Source: an uncultured Gammaproteobacteria bacterium
GTDB lineage: Bacteria; Pseudomonadota; Gammaproteobacteria; UBA9214
Length of the DNA: 49,386 nt
NCBI GenBank assembly: GCA_963827755.1
Contig: CAWHCQ010000027.1
Span: 1 to 49,386 of the forward strand
Direction: 5' to 3'
The notes below the pieces were generated by a model. It saw only the letters and a list, made by a program, of their open reading frames with translations. It searched no databases and was not told where the DNA came from. A program made the translations under genes and the position numbers. Of the stretch, positions 1-8,356 are shown piece after piece. Every line of letters starts with the position of its first letter. The first letter of the stretch is position 1.

Positions 1-1
1 A

Positions 2-166
2 AATTACCTCGATCCGGGCTGGCTGAAGACCGACATGGGCGGACGGGACGCCATGTACCCGGTCGAGGACGTATTGCCGGGCGCACTTGTCCCGGCTCTG
101 CTGGACGACGACGGGCCAAGCGGCCGGTTATTTGCGGCACAGGATTATCGCATGCTGGTTTGCTAG
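2..166 (+). CDS. Short-chain dehydrogenase/reductase (SDR), C-terminal fragment; gene starts before the window
   Basis: Manual translation NYLDPGWLKTDMGGRDAMYPVEDVLPGALVPALLDDDGPSGRLFAAQDYRMLVC*. DPGWxKTDMGG is a typical SDR C-terminal motif. Confidence 0.7.
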   Translation, partial: NYLDPGWLKTDMGGRDAMYPVEDVLPGALVPALLDDDGPSGRLFAAQDYRMLVC

Positions 167-272
167 AAAACTGAAAGCAGTACCAGCCGGGAAAAACTCT
201 GCTAGAGTACGTTAGCATAATCACCAGGATGCACCGGGCTGCACAAGCCGGATTTACAGAGGTGACCAGGTC

Positions 273-2093
273 TTGCTGAAAAAAATTCTTCTTCCGACCA
301 TTTTGCTGGTGCTTGCCTATGGTTTCTGGGTAAGCCCGAACTTCAAGGCCATCGCCGCGGGCGTCGCCATCTTTCTGTTCGGCATGTTGTCGCTGGAGGA
401 GGGCTTCCGCGCCTTCACCGGCGGGGCCCTGGACCGGATGCTGCGGCGCACCACGTCCTCCACCGGGAAGAGCCTGCTGTTCGGTATCGTCAGCACCACG
501 CTGATGCAGTCCAGTTCGCTGGTCTCGGTGATTACCATCTCCTTTCTCAGCGCGGGACTCATCACCCTGACCGCCGGCATCGGCATCATCTTCGGTGCCA
601 ACCTGGGCACCACGACCGGGGCCTGGCTGATTGCCGGTTTCGGGCTCAAGGTCAATATCGCCGCCTATGCCATGCCGCTGCTGGCGTTCGGCGTGATCCT
701 GGTTTTCCAGTCTTCGAAGTCGCTCAAGGGTATCGGTTATATCCTCGCCGGACTGGGATTTCTGTTTCTCGGCATTCACTACATGAAAGAGGGTTTCGAG
801 ACCTTCAAGGAAACCATCAACCTGGCCGAGTACGCGGTCGCCGGGTATCCCGGGGTGCTCCTGTTCACGGCCATCGGCATTTTTGCCACCGTGGTGATGC
901 AGTCCAGTCACGCCACCCTGGTGTTGATCATCACCGCGCTGGCGGCTGGCCAGATTACCTATGAAAACGCACTCGCGCTGGCCATCGGCGCCAATGTCGG
1001 TACCACCATCACCGCAATCCTGGGGGCGATGAGCGCCAACGAAGCCGGTAAACGCCTGGCGGCTGCGCACTTTGTCTTTAACATGGTAACAGGCGCCATC
1101 GCCATCGCGTTTATCTATCAGCTGGTCGATATCGTGAACGGGACATCGGGTCTGCTGGGGATCGCCGACGAGAACTACACCCTCAAGCTGGCCGTGTTCC
1201 ACACGATATTCAACCTGATCGGCATCGTCGTGATGCTGCCACTGCTGAATCGGCTGGTCGTCTGGCTGGAAGAGTTTATCCCGGAGAAGAAACCCGAAGT
1301 GGACCAGCCAAAATACCTGTCCGAGTCCTCGGCGGAATTTCCCGGCACGGCGATGGAGGCGGTCCGACTGGAGACCATGCGCCTGTACGAGGCCGCACTG
1401 CGCATCATCATAGACGGCCTCGGCCTGAAGGTGGCTGACGTGCTCTCGAGTGTCGACCTGGAGCAGCAGGTCAAGGCACAGGCGCGGGTTCATCAGTTCG
1501 ACATCGACGCGATGTACGAAAAGCACATCAAGGGTATATACAGCGCCATTGTTGCCTTTATCAGCGAGACGGCATTTTCCCGCAGGGAGGAGCAGTCGAC
1601 CGACCTGCAGAGACTCAGGGAAGCCGGCACACACCTGGTGGAAGCCATCAAGGATACCCGTCAGCTGCAGGAGAACCTGGTCCACTACGTGGGTTCTGAA
1701 AATCAGAAAATGCGCGAAGTCTACAACCGGGTCAGGCTGGAGATGGGTTTGATCATTCGTGACCTGGAGGAGATGCGCGCTTCCGGCGGCGGCGTGCTGG
1801 ATATCCTCTCGCTGGACGGTCTGAAGCTGCTGGTGGAAGAGGAGCAGAAGCGCGTCAACCAGGTCACGACCGAACTGATCGGCAGGCGGGATATCACCCC
1901 GGCCATGGGATCCTCGCTGATCAACGACAGCGTTTTCGCGCATGACATTTCCATGAACCTGATTCGGGCCGCACAGACCCTGTTCGTGGCGGGCGAACAG
2001 TCTCCGTCACAGGCGACCTACGATGTCGTGCTGGACAAGAACGAACTCACACGGATCGGTGCCGATGGCGACACCGGGAACCCGAACGGCTAA
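273..2093 (+). CDS. Na/Pi cotransporter family protein with soluble PhoU-like C-terminal region
   Basis: 606 aa, hydrophobic N-terminal half with two QSSS/QSSH...GANxGTT repeats characteristic of NptA/YjbB; helical soluble C-terminus. Confidence 0.9.
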   Translation: MLKKILLPTILLVLAYGFWVSPNFKAIAAGVAIFLFGMLSLEEGFRAFTGGALDRMLRRTTSSTGKSLLFGIVSTTLMQSSSLVSVITISFLSAGLITLTAGIGIIFGANLGTTTGAWLIAGFGLKVNIAAYAMPLLAFGVILVFQSSKSLKGIGYILAGLGFLFLGIHYMKEGFETFKETINLAEYAVAGYPGVLLFTAIGIFATVVMQSSHATLVLIITALAAGQITYENALALAIGANVGTTITAILGAMSANEAGKRLAAAHFVFNMVTGAIAIAFIYQLVDIVNGTSGLLGIADENYTLKLAVFHTIFNLIGIVVMLPLLNRLVVWLEEFIPEKKPEVDQPKYLSESSAEFPGTAMEAVRLETMRLYEAALRIIIDGLGLKVADVLSSVDLEQQVKAQARVHQFDIDAMYEKHIKGIYSAIVAFISETAFSRREEQSTDLQRLREAGTHLVEAIKDTRQLQENLVHYVGSENQKMREVYNRVRLEMGLIIRDLEEMRASGGGVLDILSLDGLKLLVEEEQKRVNQVTTELIGRRDITPAMGSSLINDSVFAHDISMNLIRAAQTLFVAGEQSPSQATYDVVLDKNELTRIGADGDTGNPNG

Positions 2094-2115
2094 TCCAGGC
2101 AGGGGAGAGGATTCA

Positions 2116-2361
2116 ATGAAAAGAAAAAAACTGTTACAGAAGCTCGGTGAGTTCCTCGACAGGGACGGGCGCAAGCAGCGTAAACACCGCGATGAACTGA
2201 AGCTGCTGCTGAAAAAGCTGAGACAAAAGGAAGTCGAGTTGAAAGAAAAGATGCGGGTGGAGAAGGACGAGCGCAGACTCAAGCGCCTCGGCAAGGAGCG
2301 CGAGATCATCAAGGCCCAGCGCATCAAGGGGTTGAAGGCCCTGAAGGACCTTAAGGAATAG
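2116..2361 (+). CDS. Small Lys/Arg-rich coiled-coil hypothetical protein (81 aa)
   Basis: ATG at 2116 preceded by the purine-rich RBS GGGGAGAGGA; MKRKKLLQKLGEFLD...ALKDLKE; 22 bp after the Na/Pi gene. Confidence 0.7.
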   Translation: MKRKKLLQKLGEFLDRDGRKQRKHRDELKLLLKKLRQKEVELKEKMRVEKDERRLKRLGKEREIIKAQRIKGLKALKDLKE

Positions 2362-2431
2362 AGCACCTGCCTTTCCCGGGCGTCGATCCCTCCGGCTTTT
2401 TAGCCGGGCGGCAGCATGCCGTGCGGCCGCT

Positions 2432-3874
2432 TCAGTTTCCGTCGCCGGGTTTGGCCAGCCCCAGTTCATAATAGGACTGTGCAATCTTGTCGATCGCTAT
2501 TGCAAAGGCCGCGGTGCGATAGTCGTTGATGTTCGGATTTTTGCGCAGCACCTCGAGGATGTCGTGAAATGCCGTGCGTATCGTGTCATCCAGGCCCGAG
2601 CGGATCAGGTCGAGTTCGGTGGCGCCGCGCATGATTTCCAGACGCTGTTTTTCCGGTACCTGTTTGCCGGTAAGTGTCTCCAGCGCGGCAAGGTAATTGG
2701 TGCCGCGCATTTCATCGAGCTGGCGCTGCAGGCGTCCGAAGCGCATGTGGGACAGGTTGCGCGTCCACTCAAAATAGGAAACGGTCACGCCGCCGGCATT
2801 GACGTAGATATCCGGCAGGATGCTGACGCCCCGCTCTCGCAGGATTTCATCGGCCTGGTAGGTGACCGGCCCGTTGGCGGCCTCGACGATCAGCCGTGCC
2901 TGGATGCGCATGGCATTGTCTGCGTGTATCTGCGATTCAAGTGCGGCCGGGATGAGGATGTCGCAGTCCATTTCCAGTGCCGCCGCGCCCTGCGTGCTGT
3001 AACCGCCGCCGGGAAAATCCTTCAGGCCACCGGTTTGTGCGAGGTGCTGCCTGACATCGTGTATGTTGAGGCCCTCTTCACTGGCCACGACGCCGTCGTG
3101 TTCGATGACGGCGACGATCCTGGCCCCGTCTTCCTCGGACAGGAACTTGGCGGTGTGGTAGCCGACATTGCCGAGTCCCTGGATCACGATGCGCTGGGAT
3201 GACAGGCCGTCAACGAGGCCGGCTTCCGCAACCAGTTCGGGGTGGCGAAAAAATTCCCGCAGTGCAAATTGCACTCCCTTGCCCGTTGCCTCGGTGCGGC
3301 CCGGTACCCCGCCGCGCTGCGGCGGCTTGCCGGTCACACAGGCATCCCGGTTCAGGTCATCCGGGAACAATGTTTTGTAAGTATCTGCAATCCATGCCAT
3401 TTCACGCGAGGAGGTGCCGAGGTCGGGGGCCGGGACATTGGTGGCGGGATTGATGAAATCCCGGCGCATGAGTTCCATGCTGAACTGGCGCACGATCTCG
3501 CGCAACTGGTCTTCCGTGTAGTTGTGTGGATCGATCAGCAGTCCGCCCTTTGCGCCGCCAAAGGGTATATCGGCAATCGCGCACTTGTAGCTCATCAGGG
3601 CGGCAAGGCCTTCGGTCTCGGCCTGGTTCACCACCGGTGCAAAACGCAGCCCGCCCTTCGCGGGCAGGCGGTGAGCGCTGTGAATCGCCCACCAGCCGGT
3701 CAAGACTTCAACCTTGCTGCCAGTGCACACGGGAAATTTCACCTGGATGACGACATTGCAGGCCTGTATCACCTTGGCCGTCTCGGGGTTGAGGCCGATG
3801 GCCAGTGAAGCGCGGTCGACCATTCGGTCGATGCCTTCGCGGAATGACATGCTTTCGTGGTTGTTCTTGTCCAT
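2432..3874 (-). CDS. gdhA: Glu/Leu/Phe/Val dehydrogenase (glutamate dehydrogenase)
   Basis: Motifs PAKGGLRF, KCAIADIPFGGAKGG, VPAPD, TGKP..GG..GRTEATGKG, QGLGNVG, EAANGP, NAGGVTVSYFEW. Start chosen at MDKNNHE (3874). Confidence 0.92.
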   Translation of the reverse strand: MDKNNHESMSFREGIDRMVDRASLAIGLNPETAKVIQACNVVIQVKFPVCTGSKVEVLTGWWAIHSAHRLPAKGGLRFAPVVNQAETEGLAALMSYKCAIADIPFGGAKGGLLIDPHNYTEDQLREIVRQFSMELMRRDFINPATNVPAPDLGTSSREMAWIADTYKTLFPDDLNRDACVTGKPPQRGGVPGRTEATGKGVQFALREFFRHPELVAEAGLVDGLSSQRIVIQGLGNVGYHTAKFLSEEDGARIVAVIEHDGVVASEEGLNIHDVRQHLAQTGGLKDFPGGGYSTQGAAALEMDCDILIPAALESQIHADNAMRIQARLIVEAANGPVTYQADEILRERGVSILPDIYVNAGGVTVSYFEWTRNLSHMRFGRLQRQLDEMRGTNYLAALETLTGKQVPEKQRLEIMRGATELDLIRSGLDDTIRTAFHDILEVLRKNPNINDYRTAAFAIAIDKIAQSYYELGLAKPGDGN

Positions 3875-4070
3875 GTTTTCAATCGTCCGGTTGATAGAGG
3901 GCCTTGTCGCGCATTGCAATTTGTCCCGAATGCGTGAATAAAGCGTATGATGGCCAGCCTATTGTCGGGCTGGCAGGCCGCGCCTGCAAGGACGTGGCAT
4001 GTAAAACAAGGCGCGTTTGTCCATAAATTGCTGCGGGCTCAACTGACCAAACGGGCAGGAACGTTTTTCG

Positions 4071-4973
4071 ATGACAATCTGTGTCGCCATTCATCACCAG
4101 ACCGAGTACCGCTTCGACCGGCCGATCAGCCTGGGTCCGCATATCCTGCGCCTGCGACCCACGGCGCACTGCCGCACGCCGATCCGGTCCTATTCGTTGA
4201 AGATTCAGCCGAATAGCCACTTTATCAACTGGCAGCAGGACCCCTTCGGTAATTTCCAGGCGCGCGTGGTGTTCACACAGAAGACCCGCCTGCTGCGTAT
4301 CGACGTTGACCTGGTAGCCGAGATGGTGGCCATCAACCCTTTTGATTTTTTTGTCGAGGACAGCGCCGTACACTGGCCCTTCGAGTACGAGACAGGGCTG
4401 CGCCGGGACCTGGCCCCTTACCTGGAGTGCGAGGAGGCCGGTCCACGGATGCGCCAGTGGCTGGCACAGGTGCCGCGTGAACGCATCGATACCATCGATT
4501 TCCTGGTGGCGGTGAATGGCCGCCTGCAACAGGATATACGTCATCTCCTGCGCCTGGAGCCCGGCGTGCAGGACTGCGAGGAGACGCTGGAAAAGGCCGC
4601 GGGCTCCTGCCGTGATTCTAGCTGGTTACTGGTGCAGCTCCTGCGCCACCTCGGTCTTGCCGCGCGTTTCGTTTCCGGTTACCTGATCCAGCTGGTGCCG
4701 GACACCCGGCCAGTCGAGGGGCCGTCCGGCCCGGAAGAGGACTTCACCGACCTGCACGCGTGGGTGGAGGTCTACCTGCCCGGGGCAGGCTGGATCGGCC
4801 TCGACGCGACCTCGGGCATGTTCGCCGGCGAGGGCCATATCCCGCTGTTCTGTACCCCGGACGCGGTGAGCGCCGCGCCGGTGAGCGGCAGCCGCGAGCC
4901 CTGCGAGACCGAGCTTTATTTTCACAATCGCATTACCCGCATCGACCCGGGTCCATGTGCAGACAACACCTGA
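4071..4973 (+). CDS. Transglutaminase-family protein (bacterial transglutaminase N domain plus catalytic core)
   Basis: GSCRDS (catalytic Cys), ARFVSGYLIQL, DLHAWVEVYLPGAGWIGLDATSG (His, Asp). Confidence 0.9.
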   Translation: MTICVAIHHQTEYRFDRPISLGPHILRLRPTAHCRTPIRSYSLKIQPNSHFINWQQDPFGNFQARVVFTQKTRLLRIDVDLVAEMVAINPFDFFVEDSAVHWPFEYETGLRRDLAPYLECEEAGPRMRQWLAQVPRERIDTIDFLVAVNGRLQQDIRHLLRLEPGVQDCEETLEKAAGSCRDSSWLLVQLLRHLGLAARFVSGYLIQLVPDTRPVEGPSGPEEDFTDLHAWVEVYLPGAGWIGLDATSGMFAGEGHIPLFCTPDAVSAAPVSGSREPCETELYFHNRITRIDPGPCADNT

Positions 4974-5100
4974 AGCAGGGCCCGGCAGGCAGGCCCCGTC
5001 AAGGGTTGTGCGGCTGCCGCGAACACTTGTTGACGGCGGCCGGTAGCCCTTTCTACCATAGTATCCATTGGCGGCACTGGCCGCGCGAAGGTTGTTCAAG

Positions 5101-5856
5101 ATGACATATTGTGTTGCTGTTCGAGTCGATGAGGGCCTGGTGTTTGCCTCGGATTCACGCACCAATGCGGGTGCCGACCATATCAGTACCTACAGCAAGA
5201 TGTTTTCTTTCGGGCGCGAAGGTGAACGCGCCCTCGTGGTAATGACGGCCGGCAACCTTGCGACCACGCAGTCGGTTATTGCCACCATCAGGCGCGATAT
5301 CCGGCAAAACACCGGGCCCAACCTGATGAATGTCGAGACCATGACCGAGGCGGCCGACTATATCGGGCAGATGAGTGCGGCCCAGCAGCAGAAGCACGGT
5401 ACCGCGGTTGCCGGAAGCAGCTTCGATGCCAGCGCCAGCTTTATTCTCGGCGGCCAGATCAACGGCAGTCCGCCTCGCGTTTACATGATTTATCCGCAGG
5501 GCAATTTCATCATGGCCACCACGGAGAGTCCCTACCAGCAGATCGGTGAAATCAAGTATGGCAAGCCGATCCTCGACCGCATCATTACGCGCGAGACCCC
5601 GCTCGACGAAGCGGCCCTGGCGGCGCTTGTTTCAATGGATTCGACCATGCGCTCGAATGCCACGGTGGGACCGCCGATCGATGTGCTGGTTTACGAAAAA
5701 GACAGCTTCAGCCTGAAACGTCACTTTATCCTGCAGGCCGATGATCCCTACCTGCTCGAAATCAAGTCGGCCTGGGATGAAAAGATCAAGGAAGCCTTTT
5801 CCGAACTCAGGCAGCTTACCCGGAGCGAACCACGGCACGTCGCAATCGAGGAATGA
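5101..5856 (+). CDS. Anbu proteasome-type Ntn protease
   Basis: Starts MTYCVA (Thr nucleophile after Met removal); LVFASDSRTNAGAD, AGNLATTQ, QIGEIKYGKPILDR, SMDSTMRSNATVGPP. Confidence 0.9.
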   Translation: MTYCVAVRVDEGLVFASDSRTNAGADHISTYSKMFSFGREGERALVVMTAGNLATTQSVIATIRRDIRQNTGPNLMNVETMTEAADYIGQMSAAQQQKHGTAVAGSSFDASASFILGGQINGSPPRVYMIYPQGNFIMATTESPYQQIGEIKYGKPILDRIITRETPLDEAALAALVSMDSTMRSNATVGPPIDVLVYEKDSFSLKRHFILQADDPYLLEIKSAWDEKIKEAFSELRQLTRSEPRHVAIEE

Positions 5857-5923
5857 AACCCGGCAGGTGTACGAGCCTGCAACTGTTCGCGAAGGGGCGG
5901 GCAGCGCATGGACCGCGCTGTCG

Positions 5924-6868
5924 TTAAACTGCTTCATCCATGTCGAGCGAGAACCAGGTGCTGGCAATCAGCTGGTGCAGGTTGCCGAATTCCACCTGCA
6001 GCTGGTCGATAAATTCGTGCAGGCCCTCTGCCTGCAGTTTTTCCACGTTTGCCTCTGCAACCAGGCGCTGCAGGCGCAGTGTCGCACGCAGGGGTTCGTC
6101 ATTGTGTGGCAGTTTCTTCTCGAAACAGGACGATATCTCGCCAAGCGTATGTGCCACGGCGCGCGGAAAATCGGTGTCCTGCAGCAGAAATGAAAGCACC
6201 TGTTGTGCCTGCACCCGGCGGCGCACGTACTGGCGGTACATCTGGTGTCCGCTCAACGAGCGCAAAACATGGGTCCAGAGGCGATTTTCCAGGCGCTCAA
6301 GTTCGACGCCGGGTGCGATAAGCGTGGCCGAGCCGACATCGATCATGCGCGTGGTCATGTCCGCGCGTTCCAGGTTACGCCCGATCCGAATGAACTGGTA
6401 GGCCGCACCGTGGCTCATGGTGCCGGCCAGCAGCCCGGTGATCTGCTGGGTACGCATGACGATCTCCGAGAGAAACTCGTAGCGGTCCTTGATCGGCGTT
6501 TTCCCGGTGAGTTTTTTCCGTGCGAACAGGTACAGCTCGTTGACATGTTCCCAGCCTTCACTCGGCACCAGGTCGCGGGTTGTGCGGATGTTTTCGCGTG
6601 CCATGGCCAGGCTGGTGAGCAGGGATCCCTGGCTGTCGGTATCGCCGAGCATGAACTTGATGACATTACGCTCGCCCGAGGTGCGGTAGTTGCTGTCGTA
6701 ATATTCCTGGGCGCCGTTGATGTCCACCAGCTGGTGCCAGTCCAGACCGACGCCCCTGGGAAGGTCCAGCATCATGTTGGAATATACCTTGACCAGGCGC
6801 GCGGTGTTCTCGGCACGCTCCAGGTAACGTGCCGTCCAGTAGAGTCGTTCCGCTACCCTTGACAGCAT
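5924..6868 (-). CDS. Alpha-E domain protein (DUF403)
   Basis: MLSRVAERLYWTARYLERAENTAR and GRNLERADMTTR are the two ER motifs; coupled to the upstream ATP-grasp gene. Confidence 0.9.
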   Translation of the reverse strand: MLSRVAERLYWTARYLERAENTARLVKVYSNMMLDLPRGVGLDWHQLVDINGAQEYYDSNYRTSGERNVIKFMLGDTDSQGSLLTSLAMARENIRTTRDLVPSEGWEHVNELYLFARKKLTGKTPIKDRYEFLSEIVMRTQQITGLLAGTMSHGAAYQFIRIGRNLERADMTTRMIDVGSATLIAPGVELERLENRLWTHVLRSLSGHQMYRQYVRRRVQAQQVLSFLLQDTDFPRAVAHTLGEISSCFEKKLPHNDEPLRATLRLQRLVAEANVEKLQAEGLHEFIDQLQVEFGNLHQLIASTWFSLDMDEAV

Positions 6869-6869
6869 C

Positions 6870-8321
6870 TCATTTGCCTCCCGTGTCGACGATCCAGGTG
6901 TCCTTGCTGCCGCCACCCTGGGATGAATTGACAACCAGCGAACCCTTGCGCAACGCTACCCGTGTCAATCCGCCCGCCGTTACAAAGGTACGGTCGGACT
7001 GCAGGATGAAGGGCCGCAGGTCGAGGTGGCGCGGTTCCACGTTCTGCCCGCAGATGGTCGGTGCGGTCGACAGGCTGAGTGTCGGCTGGGCGATATAGTT
7101 GCGCGGGTTACGCTTGATCAGGTTGGCGAACTTGTTGCGCTCGGTAGCGCTCGCATGCGGACCGATCAGCATGCCGTAACCGCCGGATTCATTCGCCGGC
7201 TTGACCACCAGCTTGTCGAGATTCGCGAGCACGTATTCGCGCTGCTGCCCGTCTTCGCAACGGTAGGTGGGCACATTCGGAATGACCGGCTCCTGGTCCA
7301 GGTAGTACTTGATGATGTCGGGCACATAGGAATAGATCACCTTGTCATCCGCGACACCGGCACCGGGGGCATTGGCCAGTGCGACGTTGCCGGCGCGCCA
7401 GGCGCGCATCAGGCCGCGTACGCCCAGCACGGAGTCCTCGATGAAGACATCCGGGTCGAGGAATTCGTCGTTGACGCGCCGGTAGATGACATCCACGCGC
7501 TGCAGGCCGTCGATGGTCTTCATGTAAACGCAATCGTCATCACCGACCACCAGGTCGCCGCCCTCGACAAGTTCGGTACCCATCTGCTGCGCCAGGAACG
7601 AATGTTCGAAATAGGCCGAGTTGTAGATGCCGGGTGTCATTACCACGATCTCCGGATAATCCAGTGGCCGTGGCGACAGCGAGGCCAGCATATCGAACAG
7701 GTGTGAAGGGTAGTCATCCACCGGCTGGATGCGGTGTTTGCGGAACAGCTCGGGGAATACCCGCTTGGTGATGCTGCGGTTCTCGATCATGTAGGAAACA
7801 CCGGACGGTACGCGCAGGTTGTCTTCGAGCACATACAGGGTGCCGTCACTGTCGCGCACCAGGTCGGACCCGCAGATGTGGGCCCAGGTGTTAAAGCGCG
7901 GACTGGCGCCGATGCACTGTGGCAGAAAACTCTTCGAGCCGGTAACCAGTTTTTCCGGCACGATGCCGTCCTTGATGATCTTCTGCTCGTTATAGAGGTC
8001 ATGGATGAACATGTTGAGCGCCGTCATGCGCTGTTCCAGTCCTGCCTCGATGTGTGACCATTCCTTCTGTGCGATGATGCGCGGGATGATGTCGAATGGC
8101 CAGGTGCGGTCGATGTTTGTCCCCTCGCTGTAGACGGTAAAGGTCACGCCCATCTCGGCGATGGCCAGCTCGGCTGCATTCTGGCGGCGCCCCAGTTGCC
8201 TGGCACTGAGCTTTTCCAGGTAGCCTGCAATGGCGCGCGCGGCCTGGCGCGGATGACCGGGCGAGCTGATCATCTCGTCATACAACTCGTCCGGGTCATA
8301 GCTCTTCCAGTCAATTTCCAT
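6870..8321 (-). CDS. Circularly permuted ATP-grasp type 2 protein
   Basis: FDIIPRII, VLEDNLRVPSGVSYMIENR, TPGIYNSAYFEHSFLA, DVIYRRV, GVADDK, VVKP..ESGGYG, VVNSSQGGGSKDTW. Confidence 0.93.
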   Translation of the reverse strand: MEIDWKSYDPDELYDEMISSPGHPRQAARAIAGYLEKLSARQLGRRQNAAELAIAEMGVTFTVYSEGTNIDRTWPFDIIPRIIAQKEWSHIEAGLEQRMTALNMFIHDLYNEQKIIKDGIVPEKLVTGSKSFLPQCIGASPRFNTWAHICGSDLVRDSDGTLYVLEDNLRVPSGVSYMIENRSITKRVFPELFRKHRIQPVDDYPSHLFDMLASLSPRPLDYPEIVVMTPGIYNSAYFEHSFLAQQMGTELVEGGDLVVGDDDCVYMKTIDGLQRVDVIYRRVNDEFLDPDVFIEDSVLGVRGLMRAWRAGNVALANAPGAGVADDKVIYSYVPDIIKYYLDQEPVIPNVPTYRCEDGQQREYVLANLDKLVVKPANESGGYGMLIGPHASATERNKFANLIKRNPRNYIAQPTLSLSTAPTICGQNVEPRHLDLRPFILQSDRTFVTAGGLTRVALRKGSLVVNSSQGGGSKDTWIVDTGGK

Positions 8322-8356
8322 ACAAGCGGTTCCTGTTTGCGGGCTGTTCAGCCCTG

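Noticed and set aside
3920-4070. Sigma-54 promoter in the gdhA/transglutaminase divergent spacer
   Set aside because: The TGGCA...TGC candidates I checked lack the required GG-N10-GC spacing.
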